A stretch of DNA of 53,957 nucleotides from Candidatus Binatia bacterium (GTDB taxonomy: Bacteria > Desulfobacterota > Binatia > UBA9968), in assembly GCA_035762645.1 (NCBI GenBank), contig DASTOD010000023.1, positions 1 to 53,957 of the forward strand, given 5' to 3'. The position numbers and the translations under genes were made by a program. Positions 25,460 to 33,221 of the stretch are shown piece by piece (the first letter of the stretch is position 1; the number at the start of each line of letters is the position of its first letter). A model generated the notes under the pieces. It had not been told where the DNA came from and did not search any database. It was given only the letters and a program-made list of their open reading frames with translations.

Positions 25460-26185
25460 ATGCCAGAAGCCATTCTTGAGCAAAAAAACGGCGACATAAC
25501 GACGATCATCCTGAACCGGCCCGAGGTCGGGAACCGGCAGACCGACGGCACGTGGAATCAGCTCACTCAAATGATTCACGCCGCAGCGCAGCAGTCGCGC
25601 CTGATCGTCTTCAAAGGCGCGGGGGACGATTTCTGCCTGGGCCGCGAGGCGATGGGCCAGCCCGCGCCGGTTCTCGAGGCGTACTCCATGCGCGAGAGAA
25701 GCGAGACGATCTTCGACCTCTACGGAGCATTTCGCGCCTCCAAAATTCCCATTCTCGGGGTGGTTCAGGGCCGTGCCGTCGGTCTCGGATGCGCTCTGGC
25801 CGCGCTATGCGACGTCACGCTCGCCAGCGAAAAGGCGCGCTTTCAATTGCCCGAAATGGCCCACCATATCATGCCGACGATCGCGATGTCCGCGCTGGTC
25901 GATCGGGTGCCGCGCAAGGCCGCGACTTTCTTGGTCTACTCGACGCAGGAGATCGACGCTTACAGGGCGCTCATGTTCGGCATTGTCAGCAACGTCGTCC
26001 CGGCGGGCGAACTCGAGGACGCCGTCGCTGCCCTCGTCGAGCGTGTCAAGAGGACTCCGCTTCCCGCTTTGCTGGCGGCCAAAGAGTACGCCCGGTCCGC
26101 TTTCAGCATGAACACGCAGGCGGCAAACGATTTCGCTCGCAACCTACACGCCACAGTGAATGCGTTCTCGGGAATGCGACCGTAG
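25460..26185 (+). CDS. Enoyl-CoA hydratase/isomerase (crotonase) family protein
   Basis: The crotonase pattern is ITTIILNRPEVGNR...VFKGAGDDFCLG...ILGVVQGRAVGLGCALAALCDVTLASEKARFQLPE. Confidence 0.85.
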   Translation: MPEAILEQKNGDITTIILNRPEVGNRQTDGTWNQLTQMIHAAAQQSRLIVFKGAGDDFCLGREAMGQPAPVLEAYSMRERSETIFDLYGAFRASKIPILGVVQGRAVGLGCALAALCDVTLASEKARFQLPEMAHHIMPTIAMSALVDRVPRKAATFLVYSTQEIDAYRALMFGIVSNVVPAGELEDAVAALVERVKRTPLPALLAAKEYARSAFSMNTQAANDFARNLHATVNAFSGMRP

Positions 26186-26322
26186 TCATCGCGGCGCTTC
26201 CGTCGCGGACCCGCATCGGTTTCCTCCGCCTGCGCGACGCCTGAGCGGGGGGACAAGGGGGGGAACTTCGAACCACCGGAGCGGTTTTGGCCAGAAAGCA
26301 TTTCCGCGAGCCGTAGGACATT

Positions 26323-26808
26323 ATGGCCAAGAAAAATAGCGCGGGCATGCTCCTGTACCGGTTGCGCCGCTCAACGCTCGAAGTGTTTCTCGTCCATCCC
26401 GGCGGTCCGTTTTGGCGCAATACGGACGCCGGCGCGTGGTCGATTCCCAAGGGGGAATTCGACAAGCATGAAGAGCCGCTCGACGCAGCGAAGCGGGAGT
26501 TTCAGGAAGAGACAGGCTGTCCGGTGGAGGGAGACTTCATCGAGTTGGCGCCCCGCAAACAACCCGGCGGCAAAGTTGTACATGCGTGGGCTGTCGAAGG
26601 AGACTGTGAAGCGGAATCCATCAAGAGCAATACGTTTTCACTGGAGTGGCCGCCGCGCTCCGGTAACCGCCAGGAATTTCCGGAAGTGGATAAAGCAGGA
26701 TGGTTTAACCTGGAGGTTGCCAGACGAAAAATTCGGCCGGGTCAGGTAGGGTTTCTGGACGAGTTGCTGGAAAAGACTTCGGCGGGCCGAAAAAAAAGTT
26801 TGTCCTGA
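26323..26808 (+). CDS. NUDIX hydrolase
   Basis: A perfect Nudix box (G-x5-E-x7-REUXEEXGU) is present: GEFDKHEEPLDAAKREFQEETG. Confidence 0.9.
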   Translation: MAKKNSAGMLLYRLRRSTLEVFLVHPGGPFWRNTDAGAWSIPKGEFDKHEEPLDAAKREFQEETGCPVEGDFIELAPRKQPGGKVVHAWAVEGDCEAESIKSNTFSLEWPPRSGNRQEFPEVDKAGWFNLEVARRKIRPGQVGFLDELLEKTSAGRKKSLS

Positions 26809-26835
26809 CGCGCGCCCTTTCTCATTCCTTGGCAT

Positions 26836-26879
26836 CCCCTTCGACGGAGTTTATCCTGAGCGTAGCCGAAGGGCTCAGG
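26836..26879. repeat. Intergenic palindromic element (cctgagc...gctcagg / ccttcg...cgaagg)
   Basis: The sequence is cccttcgacggagtttatcctgagcgtagccgaagggctcagg. It can form two alternative stems. Confidence 0.55.
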
Positions 26880-26926
26880 CCATGCTTTGTGGCTTAGCGC
26901 GAGAACCTCCGATCTGTCGCGGCTGT

Positions 26927-27382
26927 ATGATCATTATGTTTTGCGGCATACCGGGTTCAGGCAAAACTACTATAGCCGAACTGCTGGCGGCGCGGCTTGG
27001 TGATTTAGGGCGGGTTCAGCTGTTGAGTTCGGACAAGCTCAAAGCTCCGGTCTATCGGAAAATGTTGAAGACGCTTGGGCCGGATCAGAAGCGAGCCGAA
27101 TTCGTCATTCTTGACGCAACTTTTTATAAAAAGGCCTGGCGCGAGCAGGTCGAAGCGCTCGCACACGATGAAAAGGTCATAACGGTGCACCTGGAGTGCG
27201 CCTTGGACATCGCTCTGGAGCGAAATAGAAAGCGGCGCCCGAACATCTCGGAAAAAGCGCTGCACGTCGTTTTTCATCGAATGGAGCCGCCGGACCGTCC
27301 GACGCTAAAAATCGATACGGCCAACCTCCCCGCTAGCGATGCCGCCGCAAAGATATTCGACCACGTTAAAGAGCAGCGCTGA
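26927..27382 (+). CDS. Small P-loop kinase-like protein (AAA_33 / KTI12-PSTK-like fold)
   Basis: It starts MIIMFCGIPGSGKTTIA (Walker A). Downstream are FVILDATFYKKAWRE...LECALDIALERNRKRRPNISEKALHVVFHRMEPPD...LKIDT. I preferred ATG 26927 over the track start at 26882. Confidence 0.7.
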   Translation: MIIMFCGIPGSGKTTIAELLAARLGDLGRVQLLSSDKLKAPVYRKMLKTLGPDQKRAEFVILDATFYKKAWREQVEALAHDEKVITVHLECALDIALERNRKRRPNISEKALHVVFHRMEPPDRPTLKIDTANLPASDAAAKIFDHVKEQR

Positions 27383-27430
27383 CCCCCTCCTTGATCTCCC
27401 CCGCGTGACGCGGGGGAGGACAGAGGTGGG
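27383..27430. repeat. CCCCTC..TCTCCCCC / GGGGGAGA..GAGGGG hairpin between convergent genes (terminator-like)
   Basis: The stem is ccccctccttgatctcccccgcg, loop tga, cgcgggggaggacagaggtggg. It uses the same word family as 36944-36996 and 47805-47848. Confidence 0.7.
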
Positions 27431-27431
27431 C

Positions 27432-27830
27432 TTAGTTTTTCCGTTGGCGGAGGTCTTGTGCGAGTTCGATGAGATGGCCGTCAGGATCGCGCACGTAAGC
27501 CGTCCGTTGACCCCAGAACCGGTCGGTCGGCGGCACGACGGGCAAAGCGCCGCGCGCCACGACCTCGCCGAAGGCGCCATCGACATCCGCTACCTTGAAG
27601 CCGAGCTCAAACGCCGCCCGGTTCGAAGCCGGCGGTTCTAAGGACACTCCCAAGATATTCCCCATCGCGCGGCGCGTGTACAGCGCCAGGCGCGTAACGC
27701 CTGTGTCGAGTTGAGCGTAATCGCCGGACCGATGTCCGAGTCTGAGGCCCAACACTTCCGTGTAAAAGCGCAGCGCGCGGTCGAGGTCCGCGACGATCAG
27801 AATCACGTAGTCAGGCGCTGTCAGTTTCAC
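27432..27830 (-). CDS. VOC (glyoxalase/bleomycin-resistance) family protein, single domain
   Basis: The N-terminus is MKLTAPDYVILIVADLDRALRFYTEVLGLRL and the C-terminal part reads ...RTAYVRDPDGHLIEL. Confidence 0.8.
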   Translation of the reverse strand: MKLTAPDYVILIVADLDRALRFYTEVLGLRLGHRSGDYAQLDTGVTRLALYTRRAMGNILGVSLEPPASNRAAFELGFKVADVDGAFGEVVARGALPVVPPTDRFWGQRTAYVRDPDGHLIELAQDLRQRKN

Positions 27831-27851
27831 ATGCCCGTCGAAGCCGCAAAC

Positions 27852-28811
27852 TTACAGATAACCCTTTTTCTTGAAGTAAAAATACAACGTCAGTGACGCC
27901 AATACCATGACCAAGAGGACGGCGAAGTAACCGTACCGCCACTCCAGTTCCGGCATGAATCTGAAGTTCATGCCGTAGATGCTTGCAATAGTGGTAATGA
28001 CGATAATTATCGTGCCCCAGGCCGTAAGCCGCTTCATCGTCAAATTGAGCTGATTGGAAGTGGAGGCCAGGTGGATCTCTAGGGCCGCTGAGAGAATGTC
28101 CCTGAGGCTGTCGAGTTCTTCGGCAATGCGGATCAAGTGATCGTAGACGTCGCGGAAGTAAACCACATTCGCCGGCTGAATGAATGGGAAGTCATGGCGG
28201 GTGAGCTGGTTGAAAACTTCCCGCTGGGGCATGACCGCGCGCCGGATATGGACCAGGCTGCGCTTTAACCGCAGAAGCCGATTCATGTCTTCGGGCCGGG
28301 CCTGCGCGAGCAACCGGTCCTCAAGCGCGTCGATCTCGTCTTCGATGGCGTCGAGAATCGGAAAGTAGCTATCGACGACCAAATCCACGAGCGTGTAGAG
28401 AAGAAAATCGACTCCTCGGCTGAGAGCGGCCGGAATTCTCTCGTTAAACCGGGAATTCTCTACCAGGCCCGGCAAAGGGCCATAATGAACGGAAACGATC
28501 CAGCGGCGCCCCAGAAGCAGATCGAGCTCGGAGGGCTCGATGTCCCAATTGCCGTGGCGCAGCAACGGATGAATGGCGATATAGACGTAATCTTCGAATG
28601 ACTCTATTTTCGGGCGCTGGTTCTGCTTGACGATGTCCTCTAATGTGAGGTCGTGGATCTTGAGCCACTGTTGGAGTAGGTGGGTCTCCTCGTCGGTCGG
28701 CGTATCGCAGTGAAACCACAGGTTGGAGTCAGCGCGCTGCAGGCAATCGAGCACGGAATCTCGACCGAGGGTCTCAAGGCCAGTTGCTGTGGCGCGCCTG
28801 ATGGTGAGCAT
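27852..28811 (-). CDS. corA: CorA magnesium/cobalt transporter
   Basis: The YGMNF signature lies between two C-terminal TM helices (GTIIIVITTIASIYGMNFRFMPELEWRYGYFAVLLVMVLASL). Confidence 0.9.
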   Translation of the reverse strand: MLTIRRATATGLETLGRDSVLDCLQRADSNLWFHCDTPTDEETHLLQQWLKIHDLTLEDIVKQNQRPKIESFEDYVYIAIHPLLRHGNWDIEPSELDLLLGRRWIVSVHYGPLPGLVENSRFNERIPAALSRGVDFLLYTLVDLVVDSYFPILDAIEDEIDALEDRLLAQARPEDMNRLLRLKRSLVHIRRAVMPQREVFNQLTRHDFPFIQPANVVYFRDVYDHLIRIAEELDSLRDILSAALEIHLASTSNQLNLTMKRLTAWGTIIIVITTIASIYGMNFRFMPELEWRYGYFAVLLVMVLASLTLYFYFKKKGYL

Positions 28812-28845
28812 GTTTTGAAGCTTTATAGCATAACCTTCGGGCTAC

Positions 28846-28911
28846 CTGGCTTATGGCCTATGGCGTATGGTCCTTTGTCGGTCTATATGCGATCAGCTAT
28901 CAGCCATATGC
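28846..28911. repeat. TATGGC/ATAGC-word hairpin
   Basis: ctggcttatggcctatggcgtatgg (28846-70) faces ctatatgcgatcagctatcagccatatgc (28883-911). It is related to 44305-44398 and 46566-46625. Confidence 0.65.
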
Positions 28912-28925
28912 AATCTGTGGTGAAC

Positions 28926-29561
28926 CTACCTCAGTCGTCCCCCGCCGAGGAGATTTTTCTCGTTCAGCGATTTTATTACGGTTTGAACATAGCTCTTGAT
29001 CGCCGTATTGGGATTGTCCGGAGCGGTTGTCTTGAGCGTGCCGGTCCAGACGACTTCGTTTTTACCCACATCATAGAGGGTGGTCTCCGACGTATAGACA
29101 TCATAGCGATAGACGCTCGGCACCCCGTACAGACCGTACCAAGCGGCCGACACGTTACGGCCAAAAATGCCAAAGGCCGGGGACGGATAATAGCTCGGGC
29201 TCACTTCCGTCTTCTGTTCCACGCTGACAGACCGGGCGATGATCACAGCGTCGGCGCCGGCCTCTTGGGCCGCTTGCTTGAGCTTGCCCTCGTCGAGCTT
29301 TTCATCTTCCGGACTATACCGATAGCTCGGCAACCCGTCGACGCCGGCGGCTCTCAGCTGGGCCACGAATTCATCTTCGAAGTTCCGCCGGATACTGGGA
29401 GATCCGCCCATTCCACCCACCAGGACTCTGTTGAAGGAGCGGGACGTGTAGGCGGGATTGCTCCACTCGTTGACAAGCATTTTTGTCGCCGAGCAGCCGC
29501 TAGTGGCAACTGTAGCCACTAAAGTGCAAAGCGCAAAAATGCAGCGCGATGTGATCGTCAT
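28926..29561 (-). CDS. DUF4136-like lipoprotein
   Basis: I chose the start MTITSRCIFALCTLVATVATSGC (lipobox) at ATG 29561. The track ORF extends 63 codons further upstream without support. Confidence 0.65.
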   Translation of the reverse strand: MTITSRCIFALCTLVATVATSGCSATKMLVNEWSNPAYTSRSFNRVLVGGMGGSPSIRRNFEDEFVAQLRAAGVDGLPSYRYSPEDEKLDEGKLKQAAQEAGADAVIIARSVSVEQKTEVSPSYYPSPAFGIFGRNVSAAWYGLYGVPSVYRYDVYTSETTLYDVGKNEVVWTGTLKTTAPDNPNTAIKSYVQTVIKSLNEKNLLGGGRLR

Positions 29562-29803
29562 ATGTCTAACCTCTTGAGCCGCCGTGACCCCGATTCCAAC
29601 GGTGTTGAGCCCGATAACATGATAACACTCAAGCGAGGCTTTTCTAACTGCGCTCAAATTCGGAGGCCGGCGGGCTCCGCGGTAGATAGCGATTTCAAAC
29701 TGCAACGGAAATCCTGCCCCTTTGACAACGGGGGAAAAGAGGATTACCAAACCAACGCTCGGAACGTGCTTTCGGGAAATGACGATGCCAAACGCGGGGA
29801 GGG

Positions 29804-30109
29804 TTACGCTTTGAGGTCAAACTTCGGGATGACGAGCAGCGACTCGACTAACCGATCGGTGCCGAATTTACTCGCGTAGATACCGATTGCGCCCAGGGGC
29901 AAAAACAACAACGTAAGGAGCCAGGCGGGCCATGTAAAGTGATAACCCAGCCAAGAAATGACATAAGGGAGCGCGGCAATTTCCAGACAAACTCCGCTCG
30001 AGAACACGAGCAGGCTCCTTTTCCAACGGCTGGTTTGTAGGCGGACGGCTTGTGAGTCCCAGAGGCACAATAAAAACCCTTCTAACAAAGACGGTTCGGA
30101 ATCTTTCAT
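29804..30109 (-). CDS. Hypothetical small membrane protein
   Basis: A 101-aa protein with two hydrophobic helices (LLVFSSGVCLEIAALPYVISWL; WLLTLLFLPLGAIGIYA). I recognise no family. Confidence 0.4.
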   Translation of the reverse strand: MKDSEPSLLEGFLLCLWDSQAVRLQTSRWKRSLLVFSSGVCLEIAALPYVISWLGYHFTWPAWLLTLLFLPLGAIGIYASKFGTDRLVESLLVIPKFDLKA

Positions 30110-30352
30110 ACCTCTAGACTATCCTTTCGCGCCCGCCTCGAGTATTTAGACAATGGTTCGGACTGCCGGATCCGAGCGCTCGCGAACACTCACGGGCCCA
30201 GACCGCCGCCCCGCCGGCGTGACACGAAGCGGCATATTAAGGTCCGCGAAGAAAGAAATCAAGCGGATCAGGGTGAGAGAGGATCGAGGTGGAAACGCAG
30301 TCAAAAAAATCGCAAAGAGGAGGGAAAACGCCAGGAGCGGGGGAGCCGAGGG

Positions 30353-30520
30353 TTAAACCAAAAATCCAGGTAAGCCGATGTCCAATAGCGCCACGTCGAT
30401 CTCGCGGCAGTAGCGACGATACAGATCAATGGCCTCTGCGCCGTCCCTGCTACCATCCGGCTTGACATCAACGAGCGGTTGATATGAAAATGCGTCATTC
30501 GAGTTGAGGAGAAACATCAT
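30353..30520 (-). pseudogene. Remnant of a response-regulator receiver (REC) domain
   Basis: The sequence MMFLLNSNDAFSYQPLVDVKPDGSRDGAEAIDLYRRYCREIDVALLDIGLPG-stop resembles the first half of a REC domain (DG.EA......DlvllDi.mPg). It has a degraded acidic pocket and terminates after about 55 aa. Confidence 0.3.
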
Positions 30521-30707
30521 GGAAAAGACTTTAGCTCGCGGTTGCGGCGTCGCTCTACCGGAGCAGGTTTCGTTTTTGATCAAATCAGGAAGTTTTCTGA
30601 CTGCATGCGCGGCGATCTTGTATGTTTTGCTGGCCGCCGACTATCCGGCCGTCCACGACACGCTTCACAACTTCCGTCATGGGTTGGCCATCGTGCCTTG
30701 TCACTGA
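30519..30707 (+). CDS. cbtB: CbtB (small subunit of the predicted CbtAB cobalt transporter)
   Basis: A 62-aa protein with one TM (FLTACAAILYVLLAA) and the characteristic C-terminus HDTLHNFRHGLAIVPCH. A GAGGAG SD lies 8 nt upstream of the ATG at 30519. Confidence 0.7.
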   Translation: MEKTLARGCGVALPEQVSFLIKSGSFLTACAAILYVLLAADYPAVHDTLHNFRHGLAIVPCH

Positions 30708-31681
30708 AGACCGCTCTCGGGTTTTTATTCATCGTTGCTTCGGCGATCCCCGCCCTGCGGGCTGGCGAGCCCCAGATCTATTTTAAGAATTCTCCGCCTG
30801 TCGAGCAGCTGCGTCCTTTTTACGACCCGACGACTCTGTCACTCCTGGTCACGGCCGCGGATGGCAGACCGGTCACGCAAGGATGGCTGGAGATTCGGCT
30901 CGACGCACCGAAGCCGAGTGGGTTTTTCTCGACGGATTTTCCACTGGTAGAGGGGAGCCGATTGCTCGAGATGCGGTTGCCGCTCAGGAGCGGCAGGGCG
31001 GAGTGGACATACCTATTTCCGATCCGCGGTAAGTATGAAATCAGCGTTGACTTCGTCACGGCGGAAGGAAAGCAGGCGACCCGGACTTTTTCACTTCAAG
31101 TCAGAGAGCACACAAATAAGTGGACCTTCCTCGGGATCTTTACCCTCGCGCTGTTTGCCAGCGGTATGGTCGCGGGACGGATTTTCACGCGTGCTTCCCG
31201 CGGTGCTAAAGACAAACTGGTCGCGTGTCTATTGCTCTCGTTCGTTTGCTCCGGCTCATCAGCGGCGTTGGCGGCGCGAGAAGAATACTCCGGATGGCTG
31301 GGGGTAGACGCGGCGACAGTGGGTAAACCGACGCGCGTGCATTGGCGTTTGTCGGAAAATGGCGGCGGAGGGCGGCCGCGGGCAGCGCTTACGCTGACCA
31401 TCACTCACCTGGAAAAAAGTAAGATCGTATTTGCCGTGGAGCGGCTTTGGGTCGCGGGAGAATTCTCGATGGATTTTCATTTTAGCGACGGCGCGAATTA
31501 CCGCGTTCTCGCGAGCGCCGAGATCCCAGGCTACCGAACTGTCCGCACGGAACGGTATTTGTCGGTGACTGGCGTAGAGCCTCAGGTCGCGGCCATGCTT
31601 CCAGCGCTGTCCTTCTTTGTCGCGGTAATTGCTATCGGACTAGGTGTGGGGAGATGGAGTAAAAAGGCCCCGCCGGGGTAA
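30698..31681 (+). CDS. Hypothetical two-module membrane protein (signal peptide - domain - TM - hydrophobic segment - domain - TM), occupying the slot normally held by cbtA
   Basis: The frame of track ORF 30542..31681 is used. The only plausible start giving a signal peptide (SLKTALGFLFIVASAIPALRA/GE) is TTG 30698, which overlaps the cbtB 3' end by 10 nt. TM segments are WTFLGIFTLALFASGMVAGRIF, LVACLLLSFVCSGSSAALAA and VAAMLPALSFFVAVIAIGLGVG. The start is uncertain. Confidence 0.55.
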   Translation: MSLKTALGFLFIVASAIPALRAGEPQIYFKNSPPVEQLRPFYDPTTLSLLVTAADGRPVTQGWLEIRLDAPKPSGFFSTDFPLVEGSRLLEMRLPLRSGRAEWTYLFPIRGKYEISVDFVTAEGKQATRTFSLQVREHTNKWTFLGIFTLALFASGMVAGRIFTRASRGAKDKLVACLLLSFVCSGSSAALAAREEYSGWLGVDAATVGKPTRVHWRLSENGGGGRPRAALTLTITHLEKSKIVFAVERLWVAGEFSMDFHFSDGANYRVLASAEIPGYRTVRTERYLSVTGVEPQVAAMLPALSFFVAVIAIGLGVGRWSKKAPPG

Positions 31682-31750
31682 CCGATGAGATATGCGATGC
31701 CAGCGTCGCACGGTGAAACCGCAGCGAACTATACTTTCGATCGCTACAGC

Positions 31751-31984
31751 TCATGGAGTTATGGGTGGGGGCGCGATTGCCGACGAGATCACCAGGGCAA
31801 ATCCGATGATCACAGAAGCCAGAACGATAGCGATCGCAAGGTTTCCCTTCTTCAATTCATCCCACTCATCCACGGGAGTGAGCCAGGTGAAAACCGACAG
31901 CAGTATCCAGAGGGAAAGGACCATTGTGAAAACGCCAACAGCGCCCCATCCTATTAGTTTGAGGTAATCGACAAGAATAGTCAT
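31751..31984 (-). CDS. DUF350 family small membrane protein
   Basis: A 77-aa protein: MTILVDYLKLIGWGAVGVFTMVLSLWILLSVFTWLTPVDEWDELKKGNLAIAIVLASVIIGFALVI. This is the typical DUF350 layout. Confidence 0.7.
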   Translation of the reverse strand: MTILVDYLKLIGWGAVGVFTMVLSLWILLSVFTWLTPVDEWDELKKGNLAIAIVLASVIIGFALVISSAIAPPPITP

Positions 31985-32107
31985 CGGTCCGGCCTCCTTT
32001 TAATTGTTGGGTCGCAGCCTATTTTGTCAGCGGACCGCCGTCAACTCATTGACGCGGAACAGGGCTAGATTCTAACGAGCGTTACGAGAAATCGATGGGT
32101 AGGGGAG

Positions 32108-32324
32108 CATTCAACCGGATCGGATGGTGGGTTGCCAGAGTGTCGATCAAGGGATGAGCTTGGAGAAGCGAAGGCACACAAGCAGTTTCGCGTTTCGGGT
32201 TTTGGAGTCTCGAGTTCCTCCTCGCCCAACCCGAAACACGAGACCCGAGACCCGAAACCGAGAAGCTATCGGAGGGCTCGTTCCTTGATCGTTGCCGGCG
32301 GGTGAAATAATCCGGGTTAGAACC
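32108..32324 (+). mobile_element. MITE-like repeat, copy X (opposite orientation to 17026-17285), with a CGAGAC/CGAAAC hairpin as its core
   Basis: The left flank gagtgtcgatcaagggatgagcttggagaagcgaaggcacacaag (32138-83) matches the reverse complement of 17196-17242. The right flank tatcggagggctcgttccttgatcgttgccggcgggtgaaataatccgggttagaacc (32267-324) matches the reverse complement of 17026-17081. The core 32185-32262 is gtttcgcgtttcgggtt...aacccgaaacacgagacccgagacccgaaaccgag. Confidence 0.6.
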
Positions 32325-32343
32325 AGAAGCTATAATAGAAACC

Positions 32344-33144
32344 TTAACCCTCAGCCACATCGATCAACACGCCGTCTGGATCGGCCAGCTGAAATTGGCC
32401 GAAGCAGCATTTGGCGAAGAGTTTTTGCCTGGCTTCACGCTCGGGGTTCTTCTCCGGGCGATCGTCTTGCGGCGCATACCTGCTTCTAACCTTTTCCAGA
32501 TCGGCTTTAAAGGCGGCGAGGCTTTCGACTTTGAAGCCGATGTGATCCAAAGCGGGCCGCTCGATCCCAGAACCTTCGTAGTCTCTGATCTGCCAGGGAA
32601 AAATCGCCAGAGTGACTCGGCCGTCCGACAAATAATGATTCGGATCGCCGGCAGGTTTCTCCAGCTCCGTCAATTCAAAGACGGTGCGGTAGAACTCGGC
32701 GATTTTTTCGGGCTCCACGACGCGCAAGGCAAAATGACCGACGCGCCGCGGCATTTCTTCATCTTTTTCGACGTAGAGGTCGCGCCGATTTTCCATTCCT
32801 TGTTGCGATAGGTCGAAGACATTGCCGGCCGGATCGTGCGTGCTGATGCCGGCGAACGGGCGGTTTCCCGGCCGTTTGAGCACGCGAACGGACGGATATT
32901 TTTCCTTGAACCGCGCGAAGACCAGCTCCACGTCCTCAACTTCGAAGCCGAAATGATCAAAGCCGGCTTGGCGGCCCGGCGCGCGCGGGTTAAGGTTGAC
33001 TCCGACATAACCGTCGCGTACCACCACGGCGCCGCCTGCTCGCGCCACACCCGAACGTTTTAGACGAAATACATCTCGGTAAAAATCGCCCTCTTCATTA
33101 ACGTTGCTGCTGACAATCGCCAAGTGCTTCATTTGGGCAAACAT
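32344..33144 (-). CDS. Two-domain VOC family protein (extradiol-dioxygenase/glyoxalase fold)
   Basis: It contains MKHLAIVSSNVNEEGDFYRDVF...GFDHFGFEVEDVELVFARFKEKYPSV...VGHFALRVVEPEKIAEFYRTVF...LDHIGFKV. There is a GGAGG SD. A paralogue lies at 47912..48724. Confidence 0.8.
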   Translation of the reverse strand: MFAQMKHLAIVSSNVNEEGDFYRDVFRLKRSGVARAGGAVVVRDGYVGVNLNPRAPGRQAGFDHFGFEVEDVELVFARFKEKYPSVRVLKRPGNRPFAGISTHDPAGNVFDLSQQGMENRRDLYVEKDEEMPRRVGHFALRVVEPEKIAEFYRTVFELTELEKPAGDPNHYLSDGRVTLAIFPWQIRDYEGSGIERPALDHIGFKVESLAAFKADLEKVRSRYAPQDDRPEKNPEREARQKLFAKCCFGQFQLADPDGVLIDVAEG

Positions 33145-33221
33145 TGCGGCCTCCGTTGTTTCGGTAAGCTGAGCGGCAGGCTATTCGATAGGGGAGCTCA
33201 TTGTCAACCGAAGCCTGCCCC

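Noticed and set aside
27606-27626. tRNA T-arm-like sequence CCGG-TTCGAAG-CCGG.
   Set aside because: It lies inside the VOC coding sequence (27432..27830). No acceptor, D or anticodon arms can be drawn around it. No tRNA genes were found anywhere in the window.
30110-30518. A cobalamin riboswitch would be expected upstream of cbtB.
   Set aside because: I could not find the B12 box or core (AGGGAA..GGUG..AA..CC...CCCGC.ACUGU...GCCACUG) on the plus strand. The region is purine-rich but lacks these motifs. This needs a covariance-model check.
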